From Methylophaga frappieri (GTDB lineage Bacteria > Pseudomonadota > Gammaproteobacteria > Nitrosococcales > Methylophagaceae): a stretch of 32,000 nt of DNA. The notes under the pieces were generated by a model. That model did no database searches. It had not been told where the DNA came from and worked only from the letters and a program-made list of their open reading frames with translations. Shown here piece after piece: positions 29,921-32,000 of this stretch. Position 1 is the first letter of the stretch; each line of letters starts with the position of its first letter. The stretch spans positions 900,001-932,000 of the forward strand of contig NC_017856.1 in the NCBI RefSeq assembly GCF_000260965.1. The letters are read 5' to 3'. A program made the translations under genes and the position numbers.

Positions 29921-30496
29921 ATGCGTGGTATAAAACTGATTGGTCTGACAGTGATTCTTGCTGTTTTGCAGGGCTGTGCTGCTGCCGTGGTAGGCGGGGG
30001 TGCGGCGACGGGGGCTGCCGTTGCGGTTGATCGCCGTACGACAGGCGCCATGATTGATGATCAGGGCATTGAGTTTAAGGCGAGTTCTGAAATTTATAAG
30101 AATAAAGATATCCATGATCAGAGCCATATTAACGTCACCAGTTTTAATGGTGTTGTCCTAGTTACCGGGGAAACCCCATCAGCAGCGCTGAAAAAATCCG
30201 TTACCAATATCATTCAAGATATCCCCCGTGTTCGAAAGGTTTACAATGAATTGGCTATTCTGGCACCCAGTGCGGTTGCCTCACGCACCAGTGATACTTG
30301 GATAACCTCAAAGGTAAAATCCAAATTATTGGCTGATAAAACCACTAAAGGCCTGAATACCAAAGTCGTCACTGAACGCGGTATTGTTTACCTGATGGGT
30401 AAAATCAAACGCAATGAATCCGATAATGTCGTGCGGGTTGTTCGCAGTACCGGAGGGGTACAAAAAGTGGTTAAAGTTTTTGAATATATCGACTAA
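29921..30496 (+). CDS. dolP: Dual-BON-domain outer-membrane lipoprotein (DolP/YraP-like)
   Basis: 191 aa, the same length as E. coli YraP. It has a lipobox LAVLQGC and two BON-like repeats (INVTSFNGVVLVTGE... and TKVVTERGIVYLMGK...). It is downstream of yraN. Confidence 0.85.
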   Translation: MRGIKLIGLTVILAVLQGCAAAVVGGGAATGAAVAVDRRTTGAMIDDQGIEFKASSEIYKNKDIHDQSHINVTSFNGVVLVTGETPSAALKKSVTNIIQDIPRVRKVYNELAILAPSAVASRTSDTWITSKVKSKLLADKTTKGLNTKVVTERGIVYLMGKIKRNESDNVVRVVRSTGGVQKVVKVFEYID

Positions 30497-30510
30497 AACC
30501 AACTCACATT

Positions 30511-30540
30511 AAAAGCCCCGCCCAAGCGGGGCTTTTATTT
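30511..30540. terminator. Bidirectional rho-independent terminator between dolP (+) and hemJ (-)
   Basis: AAAAGCCCCGC-CCAA-GCGGGGCTTTTATTT: a perfect GC-rich 8-bp stem (30514..30521 / 30526..30533), 11 bp counting the flanking A/T runs. It is flanked by an A-run and a T-run, and lies 15 nt after the dolP stop and 5 nt after the hemJ stop. Confidence 0.9.
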
Positions 30541-30964
30541 AAAATGGTTTGACCACAGCAAGAATAACGATAGCAATCAAAATAAATACCGGCAATTCAT
30601 TGAACCAGCGAAAAAACACATGGCTACGACGATTACAACCACGGGCAAATTGGCGTAAATAGTATCCACAGACGGCGTGATAAACAATCAGTAAGCCCAC
30701 AAGTGTCAACTTGGCATGCAACCATCCCATCTGCACCAGTTGCGCGGTAGGATAAAAGCTGGCGAGCCAGACACCGAACAGGATTGTCAATATCGCACTC
30801 GGGGTCATAATACCGCGATATAGCTTCCGCTCCATCACCTTAAAACGATCCTTGCCTGCCTGATCAGCGGTTTGTGCGTGGTAGACAAACAAACGTGGTA
30901 AGTAAAACAAGGCTGCAAACCAAGTTACAACGAAAATAAGGTGAAATGCTTTAACCCAGAGCAT
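30539..30964 (-). CDS. hemJ: Protoporphyrinogen IX oxidase HemJ (UPF0093 family membrane protein)
   Basis: 141 aa with about 4 TM segments and the family-typical N-terminus MLWVKAFHLIFVVTWFAALFYLPRLFVYHA. Confidence 0.8.
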   Translation of the reverse strand: MLWVKAFHLIFVVTWFAALFYLPRLFVYHAQTADQAGKDRFKVMERKLYRGIMTPSAILTILFGVWLASFYPTAQLVQMGWLHAKLTLVGLLIVYHAVCGYYLRQFARGCNRRSHVFFRWFNELPVFILIAIVILAVVKPF

Positions 30965-31019
30965 GATAACCCTCTATTGAATGATGCTAAACTCGATCGT
31001 ATCAGCTACGGAGCGCACT

Positions 31020-31415
31020 ATGTCAGACACCTTGACCGAACAACGCCGCTTTACACGTATCCCCTTCTCGGCAATCGCACACCTCCACTCTGGCCAAACC
31101 GAGTCGTACCGTGATTGCCAGGTGCTTGATCTGTCTCTAAACGGCTTACTGATGCAAATTCCACAAAATTGGCAAGGCAAGCTGGGGCAGTCTTTTTCAA
31201 TATTACTGCAAGTTAGCGACGATCAGATTGAAATCACGATGCAAGCCAAAGTCGCGCATATTTCTTCCACCGCGGTTGGTTTTCAATGTCAACAAATTGA
31301 TTTGGACAGTATCAGTCACCTGAAGAAATTAATTGCTTTAAACTTGGGGGATGAACGTCTTCTGGATCGCCAGCTCCTCGCCTTAACGCAGAGTTTAAAG
31401 CCAACTACTTCGTAA
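31020..31415 (+). CDS. Single-domain PilZ protein (putative c-di-GMP receptor)
   Basis: PilZ signatures RxxxR (QRRFTRIPF) and D/NxSxxG (LDLSLNG) are present at the usual spacing. The preferred start is the ATG at 31020 (MSDTL...), with GGAG 6 nt upstream. The track ORF begins at 30981. Confidence 0.8.
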   Translation: MSDTLTEQRRFTRIPFSAIAHLHSGQTESYRDCQVLDLSLNGLLMQIPQNWQGKLGQSFSILLQVSDDQIEITMQAKVAHISSTAVGFQCQQIDLDSISHLKKLIALNLGDERLLDRQLLALTQSLKPTTS

Positions 31416-32000
31416 CATTTCAATCGCCGCGGATAAGTGCTGAACTGGCTTTACTTGCATTTCTTTAATCGGTTTTTTAGGGGCATTTGCAGTTGGCACA
31501 ATCGCCATCTTAAAACCGTGTTTTGCCGCATCGCGAATCCGCTCTTCCCCACCCTGAACGGGACGAATTTCCCCTGTTAGCCCAACCTCGCCAAATAAAA
31601 CCAAATCATGAGGAAGCGCCTTATTCCTCAAGCTGGAGATGACGGCGGCTAATACAGCAAGGTCTGCACCAGTTTCGCTCAGCTTGACACCACCCACGAC
31701 ATTGATAAACACATCCTGATCATGGCAGGTAATGCCGCCGTGTCGATGCAAAATGGCCAACAACATCGCCAGCCTGTTTTGTTCCAGACCAACTGTGACC
31801 CGACGTGGATTACCCAGCTGGCTTTCATCCACCAATGCCTGGACTTCAACCAGCATTGGTCTACTCCCTTCCCGAATCACCGTGATGACACTGCCTGGCA
31901 CTGCCTGCTCGCCGCGCGACAAGAAGATTGCGGAAGGATTGCTGACTTCGCGTAAACCCAGCTCAGTCATCGCAAATACGCCCAGCTCATTGACGGCGCC
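31395..32000 (-). CDS. radA: DNA repair protein RadA (Sms), C-terminal part; the gene continues beyond the right edge
   Basis: Lon-protease-like C-terminal domain (GGVKLSETGADLAVLAAVISS, FGEVGLTGEIRPV). The frame stays open upstream of the track Met to nt 32000 (..GAVNELGVFAMTELGLREV). Confidence 0.92.
   Translation of the reverse strand, partial: GAVNELGVFAMTELGLREVSNPSAIFLSRGEQAVPGSVITVIREGSRPMLVEVQALVDESQLGNPRRVTVGLEQNRLAMLLAILHRHGGITCHDQDVFINVVGGVKLSETGADLAVLAAVISSLRNKALPHDLVLFGEVGLTGEIRPVQGGEERIRDAAKHGFKMAIVPTANAPKKPIKEMQVKPVQHLSAAIEMLRSSWL

Noticed and set aside
1-32000. Searched for CRISPR arrays, IS/transposase or integrase genes, tRNA/rRNA genes, toxin-antitoxin or defence-like cassettes, long repeats and compositional islands.
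   Set aside because: None found. Essentially every long ORF is a recognisable housekeeping gene in conserved synteny, and intergenic space is minimal. I therefore do not claim a novel system in this window.

Overview
This window is a conserved housekeeping region of a gammaproteobacterial chromosome, roughly 50% GC by eye. I see no mobile element, CRISPR array, tRNA or rRNA gene, defence-like cassette or compositional island, so I do not think it holds a novel multi-gene system.

Gene order, left to right:
- A translationally abutted pair on the + strand: a 2OG-Fe(II) oxygenase and a peptide deformylase paralog.
- A minus-strand block of secA, argJ and a DUF3549-like gene.
- An M23 peptidase (-) divergent from a DUF721/DciA-like gene (+).
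- A complete minus-strand dcw (division and cell wall) cluster: mraZ-rsmH-ftsL-ftsI-murE-murF-mraY-murD-ftsW-murG-murC-murB-ddl-ftsQ-ftsA-ftsZ-lpxC.
- RNase P RNA (rnpB, minus) wedged between mraZ and rsmI.
- The rsmI / lpoA-yraN-dolP divergon, then hemJ, a single-domain PilZ gene and the 3' part of radA.

Synteny resembles the Pseudomonas/Oceanospirillales type (rnpB between mraZ and rsmI; secA-argJ). This is from memory and is not a species call.

Observations most worth a second look:
1. The essential ftsW is split by a 1-nt frameshift inside an A6/T6 homopolymer. On the coding strand this is also the classic -1 slippery heptamer T TTT TTA. A sequencing error is the most likely cause.
2. 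A catalytically intact def paralog directly abuts a P4H/PHD-like 2OG oxygenase.
3. A textbook sigma70 Pmra promoter is followed by three GTGGN boxes at exact 10-bp spacing, a putative MraZ operator.
4. Packing is unusually tight: ATGA or 1-nt overlaps at nearly every dcw junction, and three convergent gene pairs have no room for terminators.
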